A stretch of 64,000 nt of DNA from an uncultured Syntrophomonadaceae bacterium (GTDB lineage Bacteria > Bacillota > Dethiobacteria > DTU022). Under the pieces are notes generated by a model. That model saw nothing but the letters and a program-made list of their open reading frames with translations. It made no database searches and was not told where the DNA came from. The DNA lies in NCBI GenBank assembly GCA_964492615.1, contig CAZBKZ010000001.1, positions 33,354-97,353 of the forward strand, written 5' to 3'. Made by a program: the position numbers and the translations under genes. The number at the start of each line of letters is the position of its first letter. Positions within the stretch are counted from its first letter, which is position 1. Below, one piece after another: positions 17,634 to 27,168 of this stretch.

Positions 17634-18633
17634 CTTTTTCACCTCCAAGAGCCTTAATTACCTGCACTATATCTAAATTGACCGGACAGCTGCGCAGGCA
17701 ACGACCACAACCAACACAGGCAATTTCACCATACGCTTCAGGATAATACTGCAGCTTATGCATAAAGCGCTGCCGCACTCTTTCTTTGCGACCCGGGCGG
17801 GGATTGTGCCCGCCTGCCATCTGGGTGAATTCCCCAAACATACAGCTATCCCAGCAGCGGAAGCGTTCCCCTTTTGCTTCATGTCCATAATCTTCAACAT
17901 CAAAACAGTAGCAGGTGGGGCAAACATAGGTACAAACACCACAACCGATACAGCTCTTGTAAATTTGGTCCCAGGCAGGATCATTAAACCTGTTTTTTAA
18001 ATTCTCCGGCAAATCGTGAACATCTATTCCAAAATTGGTTTGTTCAAATTGCTTCTCTTGAGTTTCTGTGCTGCCATCTTCCAGTAATTCTTTTCCTTTA
18101 TCCAGCAAAGCTCTGCCTTTCTCTGTCCTTGCCTCAAGATACAAATATCCATCAGAAAAATGAACCATCACATCAGCCCCGGGAGCATCAAGAGGATCGA
18201 CATCAAAAACTTCACAAAAGCAATAAGGATCGGGGTTCGTGCATGACATGGCCACCACAGTTGTCATTTCCCGCCTGCTGCAGTAAAGCTTGTCAGGTGG
18301 ATCCTGATCCATAAAAACCCTGTCAAGCATTTCAATCGCCCTGAGGTCACAGGGATGAATACCAAAAGCAGTTATTTTCTCCTTGTAATTTACTTCCTGC
18401 AACTCAAGCTCTTGACCTTTGCACTGGTAGTGAAGGTAAGTTTCTTCACGGGGTAAAAATATATCTTTCGGTGAAACAACACTGTTAACAGCCTCCATGG
18501 CAACCTGAGCCTGATCTTGCCAGGGCTGGAAATTCACAACCGGTCCTTCCTGGATTGGCAAATAAAGCGGACCCTCTTCAGCCAGGCTAGCCCATAATGA
18601 AGGAAGTTTGTCTACGGCTATCTTCTTTTTCAC
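17620..18633 (-). CDS. FlxB-like 4Fe-4S dicluster protein (sulfhydrogenase beta / AsrA-like)
   Basis: ORF track 17620..18672. Motifs CIGCGVCTYVCPTC and CVGCGRCLRSCP. The probable start is GTG 18633, 5 nt after GAGGTGG. Confidence 0.75.
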   Translation of the reverse strand: MKKKIAVDKLPSLWASLAEEGPLYLPIQEGPVVNFQPWQDQAQVAMEAVNSVVSPKDIFLPREETYLHYQCKGQELELQEVNYKEKITAFGIHPCDLRAIEMLDRVFMDQDPPDKLYCSRREMTTVVAMSCTNPDPYCFCEVFDVDPLDAPGADVMVHFSDGYLYLEARTEKGRALLDKGKELLEDGSTETQEKQFEQTNFGIDVHDLPENLKNRFNDPAWDQIYKSCIGCGVCTYVCPTCYCFDVEDYGHEAKGERFRCWDSCMFGEFTQMAGGHNPRPGRKERVRQRFMHKLQYYPEAYGEIACVGCGRCLRSCPVNLDIVQVIKALGGEKVEQR

Positions 18634-18643
18634 CTTGACCACC

Positions 18644-19618
18644 TCACTTTTCAGAAAAAGCCGCAGGGTCATCAGGCCGGTAAGTCAAAAGCGGAGGTTC
18701 ATTTTCCGCATCAAGACCGGCTTCATATTCGCCGTACAGCTCATTCATATCCTTTATCAATTTGCGGTTCAGTTCCATCAGGGGAATATCAACCGGACAG
18801 GCTCTTTCACATTCTCCACATTCGATACAACGACCTGCCCCATGATAAGCGCGTATAAGATGGAATAAAAAGTTCTCGCTGGACTTGTAAGCGCGCCCCT
18901 GCCATCGCGGGTTTTCCTGCTCAACAAAACACTGACGGCAGCTGCAGTAAGGGCAAACCTGACGGCAGGCATAGCAACGCAGGCAGCGCGATAACTCCTT
19001 TTCCCAGTATGTGAACCTTTCATCGGGTGAAAGAAACTCCAGCTCTTCCACGGTCTTAAACCGTTCCGGCAATTCCTTTTTCTCCTGTAGTTCCAACAGG
19101 AGCTGATCATAAACAACGGGGTTGGGATAAAGGCAATCGCGGCATTTACTAATCAAAACGTTCTCGCGTTCTATCTCAATTTCTGCGCTTTCCGTTTCCA
19201 GGATCACCTGCCCGTTTTCTTCAGTAATTTTAAGTATTTTACTTCCGGCTTCGTTAACCAGAAGTTCATAATCAAGCATACCGGGGCAGGGAAGACCGTA
19301 TAAAACCACCCGTTCGCGATCAACCATATTGTCCTGTAAAAGCCTGTTAAAAGCCCTGCTATCGCAGCCTTTTACCAGCACCCCTACTTTTTCGTGTTCC
19401 TTTAGTTCTTCAAGCAGGTAGCGGCTCAGGTTAACAGCGCAGAACGAATCCCAGGTTAACCTGGTCAGATCTTCTTCCTCCGAAGCAAAGAGTGGTTTCG
19501 ATTCCCACCAGAAATGCCCTTTTTCCCAGCCAAGCAGCAGATCGATACGACCGCTCAGCAAATCCTGGCTGACTGCTTCACGAATTTTTTTAAGCTGTTC
19601 TAAGTTACGCTCTGCCAT
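18644..19618 (-). CDS. FlxC-like 4Fe-4S dicluster protein
   Basis: ORF track, 324 aa. Motifs CLRCYACRQVCPYC and CIECGECERACP. It sits between the mvhD-like and flxB-like genes. Confidence 0.7.
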   Translation of the reverse strand: MAERNLEQLKKIREAVSQDLLSGRIDLLLGWEKGHFWWESKPLFASEEEDLTRLTWDSFCAVNLSRYLLEELKEHEKVGVLVKGCDSRAFNRLLQDNMVDRERVVLYGLPCPGMLDYELLVNEAGSKILKITEENGQVILETESAEIEIERENVLISKCRDCLYPNPVVYDQLLLELQEKKELPERFKTVEELEFLSPDERFTYWEKELSRCLRCYACRQVCPYCSCRQCFVEQENPRWQGRAYKSSENFLFHLIRAYHGAGRCIECGECERACPVDIPLMELNRKLIKDMNELYGEYEAGLDAENEPPLLTYRPDDPAAFSEK

Positions 19619-20058
19619 CGGGCATCCCTCATCTTTCTATTCGGCCCGAGGGCCTTTATTTTTGCCGTCATCTTTTCCATTTCCTCTGCAAACTTATCTC
19701 CTTCGGAACTGGATATCCAGCGCACTTCAAACCTGTCCTCTTCAAATCCGGCAAATTCGACAAGCTTTTTAAAAGCAGAAAGGCGCCGACGGCCGTGGTA
19801 ATTTCCGGTGCTGTAGTGACAGTCACCAGGATGACAACCGGCTACCAGCACCCCATCAGCACCACGTTGGAATGCACGCAGAACAAACATGGGATTCATC
19901 CTGCCGCAGCACGGCACACGAATCACTTTTACATTAGCCGGGTAGCTCATACGGCTGGTACCAGCCAGGTCACCACCGGCATAACTGCACCAGTTGCAGC
20001 AGAAGGCTACAATCAAGGGCTCATAATCACGAATATTACTTATCAGCGCTGTAGACAT
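19600..20058 (-). CDS. mvhD: MvhD/FlxD-like hydrogenase iron-sulfur subunit delta domain protein
   Basis: ORF track, 152 aa. The IVAFCCNWCSYAGGDLAG...VRVPCCGR...GADGVLVAGCHPGDCHY pattern is typical of MvhD. Confidence 0.88.
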   Translation of the reverse strand: MSTALISNIRDYEPLIVAFCCNWCSYAGGDLAGTSRMSYPANVKVIRVPCCGRMNPMFVLRAFQRGADGVLVAGCHPGDCHYSTGNYHGRRRLSAFKKLVEFAGFEEDRFEVRWISSSEGDKFAEEMEKMTAKIKALGPNRKMRDARWQSVT

Positions 20059-22028
20059 ATAGCATCCACCTCCGCCAGTATTTGTTCATTACTGAAACCT
20101 TTAAGCTTGATCGAGCCGGAGCGGCAGATAACTGCACAGGAACCGCAACCCTGACAAAGAGCCGGATTCACCTCGGCCACCATTCGTTTAAAAATTTCGC
20201 CGTACAGGCGCTCTTCAATTTCAACCGAACTGATTGCGCTGTAAGGACACACAGCCTCACAGTATAAACATCCGGAACATTCTGCCTGGTTAACCTCAGC
20301 AGTACAAGCTTCTCCAAGCAGAACATCCTTTGATAACAAGCCAACAACTTTTACTGCAGCCGCACTGGCCTGGGCGACAGAATCGGGAATATCCTTGGGC
20401 GCCTGACAGGCTCCTGCTATAAATATTCCTGCTGTATGAGTTTCCACCGGCTTCAGTTTAGGATGAGCTTCATTAAAGAAATGATAGCTGTCACTATTAA
20501 TACCGATCATGCGCCCCACCTCTGTGGCATCACTACGGGCAATAGATGCGGCAGCCAGGACAACCATATCCGCTTTTATATCAATAGTCTTGCCACTGAG
20601 AGAATCAACCCCGCGCACTACAAGCTGGTTCTCCTCGGGGAATATCTTACCAACCTGACCGCGCAGGTACGCCACATCATACTCTTCGGCCGCCCTGCGC
20701 TGGAATTCCTCGTAACCTTTACCGGCTGTGCGAACATCAATGTAAAACACATAACTTTTTGCATCGGGTACTTTTTCCTTGAGCAAAATAGCCTGTTTTG
20801 CGGTAAACATACAGCATATCTTTGAGCAGTAATTCATGCCGCGGGCTTTGTCCCTTGAACCAACACACTGAATGAACACTACTTTTTTAGGCGGTTTTCC
20901 ATCAGAGAGGCGTATAACCTTGCCTCCGGTCGGTCCTGCGGCATTAAAAAGCCGTTCAAATTCTAAGCCGGTCAGGATATCGGGATGCTGCCCGTATCCG
21001 TATTCACCGTATTGCTCAGGCTTCATCTGATCAAAACCGGTTGCAACTACTATTGCACCGTAACGACGTTCGATTAGCTGATCCTGCTGCTCGTAATCAA
21101 TCGCCTGGGGGGGACATTCCTTCTGGCAGATCTGGCAACGTCCTTTCTTAAAATACAGGCAGGCATCGCGGTCTATAACCGGAACATTCGGTACCGCCTG
21201 GGGGAAAGGAACGTAGATTGCTTTCCGTTTACTTAATCCCATTTCAAATTCTGAAGACGCTTTAGAGGGACACTTTTCATAGCATATACCACATCCGGTA
21301 CACTTAACAGGGTCTACATAGCGGGCTTTCTGTCTGATTTTAACTTCAAACTGCCCAACAAAGCCGTTAACTTCTTCAACCTCTGAATAGGTTAAAAGGT
21401 TAATATTTGGATGCTGAGCCGCTTCAACCATCTTTGGGGTAAGAATACAAGCTGAACAATCCAGGGTTGGAAATGTTTTCTCAAGCTGGGCCATACGACC
21501 ACCGATACTGGGTTCTCTTTCAACCACATCTACTTCATAGCCGGATTCGGCAATATCAATAGCTGCCTGGATGCCTGCTATTCCACCGCCAATCACAAGT
21601 GCCCTTTTTTCAACATCCAGCCTTGGTGCATCAAGCGGATCATTAAGAGCTACCTTCGCCGCGGCTGCACGAAGAAGAGCAATTGCTTTGGGGGTTGCTT
21701 CCTCCATATTCTTGTGCACCCATGAACAATGCTCCCTGATATTAGCCACTTCCAACAAGTAGGGATTAAGCCCGGCCTCTGAAGCAGCTTTGCGAAAAGT
21801 ACTTTCATGCATTCGCGGCGAGCAGGTCCCGACTACAACTCGATCCAGCTTATTTTTTATAATAGATTCTTTAATTAAATCCTGCCCCATCTCGGAACAA
21901 AGATACCTGTATTCATCGGCATAAACAACACCGGGAAAGCTGCGGGCTGCTTCAACGGCTTCCTTGATATTTACAGTGCCGGCGATATTCGTTCCGCAGT
22001 GACATATAAAAACACCGGTTCTTGGCAA
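20043..22028 (-). CDS. hdrA: Heterodisulfide reductase subunit A-like flavoprotein (FAD, multiple 4Fe-4S)
   Basis: ORF track 20043..22037. Motifs VIGGGIAGIQAA, CTGCGICYEKCP and CQGCGSCAVIC. The probable start is TTG 22028, 9 nt after GGGAGG. Confidence 0.88.
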   Translation of the reverse strand: MPRTGVFICHCGTNIAGTVNIKEAVEAARSFPGVVYADEYRYLCSEMGQDLIKESIIKNKLDRVVVGTCSPRMHESTFRKAASEAGLNPYLLEVANIREHCSWVHKNMEEATPKAIALLRAAAAKVALNDPLDAPRLDVEKRALVIGGGIAGIQAAIDIAESGYEVDVVEREPSIGGRMAQLEKTFPTLDCSACILTPKMVEAAQHPNINLLTYSEVEEVNGFVGQFEVKIRQKARYVDPVKCTGCGICYEKCPSKASSEFEMGLSKRKAIYVPFPQAVPNVPVIDRDACLYFKKGRCQICQKECPPQAIDYEQQDQLIERRYGAIVVATGFDQMKPEQYGEYGYGQHPDILTGLEFERLFNAAGPTGGKVIRLSDGKPPKKVVFIQCVGSRDKARGMNYCSKICCMFTAKQAILLKEKVPDAKSYVFYIDVRTAGKGYEEFQRRAAEEYDVAYLRGQVGKIFPEENQLVVRGVDSLSGKTIDIKADMVVLAAASIARSDATEVGRMIGINSDSYHFFNEAHPKLKPVETHTAGIFIAGACQAPKDIPDSVAQASAAAVKVVGLLSKDVLLGEACTAEVNQAECSGCLYCEAVCPYSAISSVEIEERLYGEIFKRMVAEVNPALCQGCGSCAVICRSGSIKLKGFSNEQILAEVDAICLQR

Positions 22029-22043
22029 ATTCCACAACCTCCC

Positions 22044-22439
22044 TTACTTATTATATTTACGAAAACCGCTGACCAGAGCCTGCTGGGGCAACTTCTCAAG
22101 CTGCTCCGGGGTAAGGTCTGCGGGACCGAATTTATTTCCTTCACGACGGCGAAGCAGCACCAGCCGTACGCCTTCCATCATTCGGGCCAGGTCAAGATCC
22201 CGGGGACAGCGCGCTGCACAGGTGAAACAGGAAGCACAAATCCAGGGAGTCTTACTGTTTAATAGCTCTTCTTCAAGACCAAGCTGTAAACAACGGATCA
22301 CCTGGTGCGGCAACAAATCCATGGCTGCTGTTACCGGGCAGGCAGCGCTGCATTTAGCACACTGGTAGCAGTGGTTTGGATCCTGGCCGCTTTGCATTCT
22401 CATCTCATCAACTATACGATCTTTACTATTTATCGCCAT
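22044..22439 (-). CDS. hdrC: Heterodisulfide reductase subunit C-like (2x4Fe-4S)
   Basis: ORF track, 131 aa. Motifs CYQCAKCSAACP and CASCFTCAARCP. Confidence 0.85.
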   Translation of the reverse strand: MAINSKDRIVDEMRMQSGQDPNHCYQCAKCSAACPVTAAMDLLPHQVIRCLQLGLEEELLNSKTPWICASCFTCAARCPRDLDLARMMEGVRLVLLRRREGNKFGPADLTPEQLEKLPQQALVSGFRKYNK

Positions 22440-23262
22440 TCCTGTTTAACCCCCTTTCGGCAGCTCCAGCCATTAGCTGATCAGATTGCAACCCCAACGC
22501 CTCAGCTAAAAGCTCACTGAAATAATAAACTTTTATTACCCCCTTACCGTCATCTGCCGCACAATTTTCAAGGTTATAACGGCATAAGGGGCAGGCGGTT
22601 ATTATTGCCTCGGCTCCAGCATTACGCGCCGAGGTAAAAATGCGTGATACAGTATCGCGGGCCACTGCTTCTTCAGTAACTGAAAGGTAAGCTCCACAGC
22701 ATTCAGTACGGTATGGCGTCTTAATGGGGTCTGCACCAATTGCTTTTAGCATATCTTCCATGATTGTCGGGTTTTCCGGATCATCAAACTGCATCACTTT
22801 AGATGGCCTTAAAAGCAGACATCCATAATAGGCAGACACCTTCTTCCCCTCAAGAGGTTTTTTGACCATTTCAGAAAGTTTTTCAAAGCCGAGATCGTCG
22901 CGCAACACTTCCAGAAAATGCAATACGCGCCCTTCACCGGCATAATCCACTTCGAGATAGTCTGTAACCTTTTTACGGGCCTCTTCATTTCGCTGCATTA
23001 ACTCCTGGGCCCTTTTTAAAACATGATGACAGGCGGCACAGAGCGATACCAACGGTTCACCCTTGGCAGCAGCCAGGGTTCGAACCGGTGAGAGCAGGGT
23101 AATTAATTCATCTTCATAGAGAGGATACACCGCTCCGCAGCATTGCCACTCTTCAAGCTCGACCAATTCGATGCCGAGTGCAGATGCAGCAGCCATTGTG
23201 GTACTTTCCATGTTTTGTGCCTGTCCTTTTAAGGTACATCCTGGGAAATAATGATAACGCAT
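22426..23262 (-). CDS. hdrB: Heterodisulfide reductase subunit B-like (two CCG domains)
   Basis: ORF track, 278 aa. Motifs YFPGCTL...CCGAVYP and YYGCLLLRP...CCGAYL...CPLC. Confidence 0.85.
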   Translation of the reverse strand: MRYHYFPGCTLKGQAQNMESTTMAAASALGIELVELEEWQCCGAVYPLYEDELITLLSPVRTLAAAKGEPLVSLCAACHHVLKRAQELMQRNEEARKKVTDYLEVDYAGEGRVLHFLEVLRDDLGFEKLSEMVKKPLEGKKVSAYYGCLLLRPSKVMQFDDPENPTIMEDMLKAIGADPIKTPYRTECCGAYLSVTEEAVARDTVSRIFTSARNAGAEAIITACPLCRYNLENCAADDGKGVIKVYYFSELLAEALGLQSDQLMAGAAERGLNRNGDK

Positions 23263-23488
23263 TTAGAGCACCTCCTTATCGGGCAGGTTTTAGAAAACTA
23301 CCTGATCATATTCGACAAGGGATTTATTTTCCCTTTTTAAATATTATAATATTTATTTTAATATTTAGAATTACTCTCTGTAGCAGCATCAACAAACAAT
23401 AAAACAAAATACACTCTTCCCATAAAACGTCCGGCATACTTTTAAATGTGTTATCATATCAGAAAAGTATGAACACGAGGTGCGGGGA

Positions 23489-25084
23489 ATGAACTTATAC
23501 TTTATTAACTTATTTCTTATCCTGATCACAATTATTGCCTTACTGGGAATATTAATATACCTTTACAGACATTTATGCGTAACCGCTACCCGAGAATTTG
23601 CCGTAATGGTTATCTTTGCCTTAATATTTTCAACTGCTTCGCTTTTTGAGCTGGTCACGAATCAGTACGAACAAATGGTTTTTTGGAGGAATGTTGCCCA
23701 AATCGGTAATTTTTTTGGCCCTCTGGCAGCACTTTATTTTTCTATGACTTTTGCCGGCCATCAAACCGGCAAAAATAAATGGTTTTTGCTATTGCTTGTT
23801 ATCCCGGTAATCAGCATCACGCTATATTTTACAAGCGATTATCAACACCTGGTGAGAAAAAGCATCGATATGGTTTATATCGGTGGTTACCCGGCAATAG
23901 AAATTCAAAGCACATCCCTGGGCATTATTTTTGTTTCTCAAAATTTTATTGTAAATTTGATTGCCGCCTTCATATTGCTAACCATGAATGCCACGAGGAT
24001 AATTCGCACTCAAGCAAGAATTATTGCTGGCGGCATCATAGCTATTACAACACTTTTATGGTTAAAAGCTGCAGGCGTTATTACTAACATTGATATGAGC
24101 ATTTTATATCTTCCCGGCCTCCTTATAATCATGATTGGTTTATTCAGATACAAAATTCTATCAATATCACCCATTGCAACAAGTAAAGTTGTTGAAGTCA
24201 TTGAGGAAGGAATTGTTGTTGCTTCCACCGGAGGAAGAATAGTTGATCTTAATCCCAGCGGCAGGGAATTATTTTCTAGAATAACAACAAATTCACAACT
24301 GATAAACAACAAAGACTCAGGCAAAAAGAAGCCTAAACCAATGGGTGCCTTAAAAGAAGCAGAGCTAATTATTTCCAGCCTCTTTCCAGCGTGGTCAAAA
24401 TACATTGAATCATGCATAAACGGGTGTGTTGAAATATCCATTCCACTTGACTCACAAAAGAAATTTTTTAAAGTCAACATCTACAAGCTTGAAGACAAAA
24501 AGAACAATCATATTGGGTGCATATCCATCATTCGCGACATTACTGCTGAAAAAGCAGAAAAAGATTTCCTGGAAACAAAGGCATACACAGATGCCTTAAC
24601 CGGCCTTTACAATTATGGTTTCTTCAAAGAAGCTTTACAGCGTGAAATTGATAGACATAAAAGGTATAAAAGGGAATTCTCAATTATCATGTTTGATATT
24701 GATCAATTCAAAAACATCAACGACGTTCACGGACACCTTGCCGGAGATAACATCCTTGTTGCGGTTGCGCAGGCGACAAATACATCCTTTCGCCATTCAG
24801 ACATAGTAGCCCGCTATGGAGGCGATGAATTTGCAATAATGATGCCGGAGACCGGGATTGAAGCCGCAGTTGAGTTATCTGAAAGATTGTTGGATAAAAT
24901 TAAAAACATGACTATAAATTACAAAAACAAGCAGATCAAAATAAGAATTAGTATGGGGATTGCCCACTACCCGCTCCCTGACGGTTCAAAAACGGAAATT
25001 TTAAGCGCAGCAGATCATGCACTATATATCTCTAAGAAAAAAGGTAGAAACAGATTAACCGTTTATGGAATAGAGGCAGAGTAA
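23489..25084 (+). CDS. Membrane-bound diguanylate cyclase (N-terminal 7-TM sensor region, PAS-like linker, GGDEF domain)
   Basis: ORF track 23480..25084. Contains RYGGDEFAIMM and an RxxD I-site-like REIDRHKR. The start is set at ATG 23489, 6 nt after GAGGTG. Confidence 0.88.
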   Translation: MNLYFINLFLILITIIALLGILIYLYRHLCVTATREFAVMVIFALIFSTASLFELVTNQYEQMVFWRNVAQIGNFFGPLAALYFSMTFAGHQTGKNKWFLLLLVIPVISITLYFTSDYQHLVRKSIDMVYIGGYPAIEIQSTSLGIIFVSQNFIVNLIAAFILLTMNATRIIRTQARIIAGGIIAITTLLWLKAAGVITNIDMSILYLPGLLIIMIGLFRYKILSISPIATSKVVEVIEEGIVVASTGGRIVDLNPSGRELFSRITTNSQLINNKDSGKKKPKPMGALKEAELIISSLFPAWSKYIESCINGCVEISIPLDSQKKFFKVNIYKLEDKKNNHIGCISIIRDITAEKAEKDFLETKAYTDALTGLYNYGFFKEALQREIDRHKRYKREFSIIMFDIDQFKNINDVHGHLAGDNILVAVAQATNTSFRHSDIVARYGGDEFAIMMPETGIEAAVELSERLLDKIKNMTINYKNKQIKIRISMGIAHYPLPDGSKTEILSAADHALYISKKKGRNRLTVYGIEAE

Positions 25085-25157
25085 AGTCGGGGAGTGCCGT
25101 CAGTTTGATTAGGCAACTGACCGCATATAGCTATTTTGCCAACTGGCCATTATTGTA

Positions 25158-25895
25158 TTAACTATTTAACTTTCCATTATTTTCATTCCAGAATGTGCTG
25201 GAAATTAAGGCAGAGCGCCACTTCTCACGCAGATCGGGATAGCGGATGGACAGTTCTTCAATCAACTCTTCCATCTCCTTGCGTTTTGTTTTACCACTAA
25301 CCGGGCAGGGATTATCGAATAAAGGTAGTCTTTCCCGTTTAACCAGTGAGAATAAAACATTTTCCGGCAACTGGATAAGTGGGCGAATTAAATACAAGTC
25401 TGTGCGATCAAGATAGGTGACCGGTTTGAATGTATCCATTTTCCCCGTATAGATCAGGTTGATCATATAGGTCTGGATGGCGTCATCCAGATGATGCCCC
25501 AGGGCCACTTTGTTGCAACCGAGTTTTAACGCTGCCTGATGCAAAGCCCCGCGTCGCATATTGGCACATAATGCACAGGGGTTGGTTTCTTTGCGGGTCT
25601 CAAAAACTATCCGGGCAATAATTGTCTTTTCCACGTATAGGGGCAGCTTTAACTTTTCAGTGAGCCTGCGCATGGGTTCGATGCCAACAGGCCAGCCAAG
25701 ATCAACGAAAACGGGCTGGAGCTCAAAATTTAAAGGAGAATGGCGCTGAAATACTTTTAGAATGTAAAGCAGGGCGGCGCTATCTTTTCCACCTGAAATA
25801 CCAACCGCTATCTTATCACCGTCGTAAATCATTCCATAATTGTAAATCGTCCTTTTAACCCTGGTTAAATACCACTTGCCGTCGCTGCGCCGCAT
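25158..25895 (-). CDS. PP-loop ATPase of the TtcA / tRNA 2-thiocytidine biosynthesis family
   Basis: ORF track 25158..25940. SGGKDS PP-loop, plus the Cys motifs NPCALCANMRRG and NPCPVSG. The start is set at ATG 25895, with GGAAGGG 8 nt upstream. Confidence 0.8.
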   Translation of the reverse strand: MRRSDGKWYLTRVKRTIYNYGMIYDGDKIAVGISGGKDSAALLYILKVFQRHSPLNFELQPVFVDLGWPVGIEPMRRLTEKLKLPLYVEKTIIARIVFETRKETNPCALCANMRRGALHQAALKLGCNKVALGHHLDDAIQTYMINLIYTGKMDTFKPVTYLDRTDLYLIRPLIQLPENVLFSLVKRERLPLFDNPCPVSGKTKRKEMEELIEELSIRYPDLREKWRSALISSTFWNENNGKLNS

Positions 25896-26021
25896 ACTGT
25901 TTACCCTTCCTGATTGTAAAGATGTTGCAGATACAAACAACCGCTCCTATTATAATATTTATTATTTGAAACAGGCAATTCATCATTTCCGGCCGTCTAC
26001 TGGTTTCTACCTGCGAAGCAT

Positions 26022-26912
26022 TCAACCTCTCCCGAAACTTATCTTTATTTCATTGACCAGCGTGAAAACCAGGATCATTACCCCTCCCGTCAACTGGAGG
26101 ATTGTTATTGATTCACCGAGTATGAAAACAGAAACGATTACAGCCACCAGCGGATCGATATAACTCAGAATAGCCGCCTGCTGCCCTTTCAGTACTGCGA
26201 GAGAAGAAAAATAGAGGTAGTATATTACTCCCGTATGAAATACCCCAACTATCAGCAGGTTTACGAGACCACTGCTTGATAGCCCTGCAACCTGGAACCC
26301 ACACGTGTAATAGACATAAGGCCCGAGAACCAATACAGCCGATGCAAACTGTAACCATGTCCTGACAATACCATGTATTTCCCCCAGGCTCTTGTTGAAA
26401 AGAACTACAATAGCATAAAGCAACGCTGCTCCAAGACCATATAAAATACCCACCAAATCGTTACCGCCTCCACTGCTCACTCCAATTATTAAAACCAGGC
26501 CGGCGGTGGAAGCGAGAAAACAAATCACCTGCTTCACATTAAGCTTTTCTCTGAATAATATAGAACTAGCTATAATTACCACAGTTGGGGCAAAGTAATA
26601 GCTTAGTGTAGTTAGGGCTACAGTAGTGTGATTGTAAGCTTCGAAAAAAAGTATCCAGTTAATGCCCATGACCCCGCCCGAAAGGAATAACTTCCAGATA
26701 CTTTTTTTAAGCATAGTGAAATCTGTCTTATTTTTGCTATACAGCATAAAGAGAAACAGAACGACAAAAGCAATAATACCTCTCCAAAAAGCTGTTTCGG
26801 CAGAAGCAAGCTGAATGTTCCTGACAAACAAACCAAGCGTGCCAAAAGTAGTCATTGCTACAACAATCTGCCATCTGGCCAGTAACTGTTTTTTTATCTC
26901 TTCGTTCGACAT
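26022..26912 (-). CDS. DMT-superfamily (EamA-like) transporter
   Basis: ORF track, 296 aa. Ten hydrophobic segments in two EamA-like halves. Confidence 0.8.
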   Translation of the reverse strand: MSNEEIKKQLLARWQIVVAMTTFGTLGLFVRNIQLASAETAFWRGIIAFVVLFLFMLYSKNKTDFTMLKKSIWKLFLSGGVMGINWILFFEAYNHTTVALTTLSYYFAPTVVIIASSILFREKLNVKQVICFLASTAGLVLIIGVSSGGGNDLVGILYGLGAALLYAIVVLFNKSLGEIHGIVRTWLQFASAVLVLGPYVYYTCGFQVAGLSSSGLVNLLIVGVFHTGVIYYLYFSSLAVLKGQQAAILSYIDPLVAVIVSVFILGESITILQLTGGVMILVFTLVNEIKISFGRG

Positions 26913-26985
26913 TAGCTGTCTCCGCTTATATCAAATCAACTCCTCTATCATAGTAGATGAAGACCAGGAAGTCTACCACTTGTTG

Positions 26986-27027
26986 CAAAAAGCAGGAGAT
27001 AGTTTTTGCCATCAACTATCTCCTGCT
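26986..27027 (-). terminator. Stem-loop terminator downstream of the MCP gene
   Basis: 14-bp perfect stem agcaggagatagtt / aactatctcctgct with a 9-nt loop. A T4 follows on the minus strand. Confidence 0.6.
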
Positions 27028-27168
27028 TAAACTGTCTTTTATAATTGCTTTTGTTATGTGCCTGCCAGCCTCAGTTGCAGGTCATTATATATCAGTCTAT
27101 ATAATAGATTAATTACTTATATCAGAATAATGTCCGGCTCTGTTTATCAATAAACACCATGTTCGTGC

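Noticed and set aside
20043-22037. Possibility that HdrA or MvhD are selenoproteins, as in some anaerobes.
   Set aside because: Both reading frames are continuous with Cys at the relevant positions. No in-frame TGA was seen in the hdr/flx genes.
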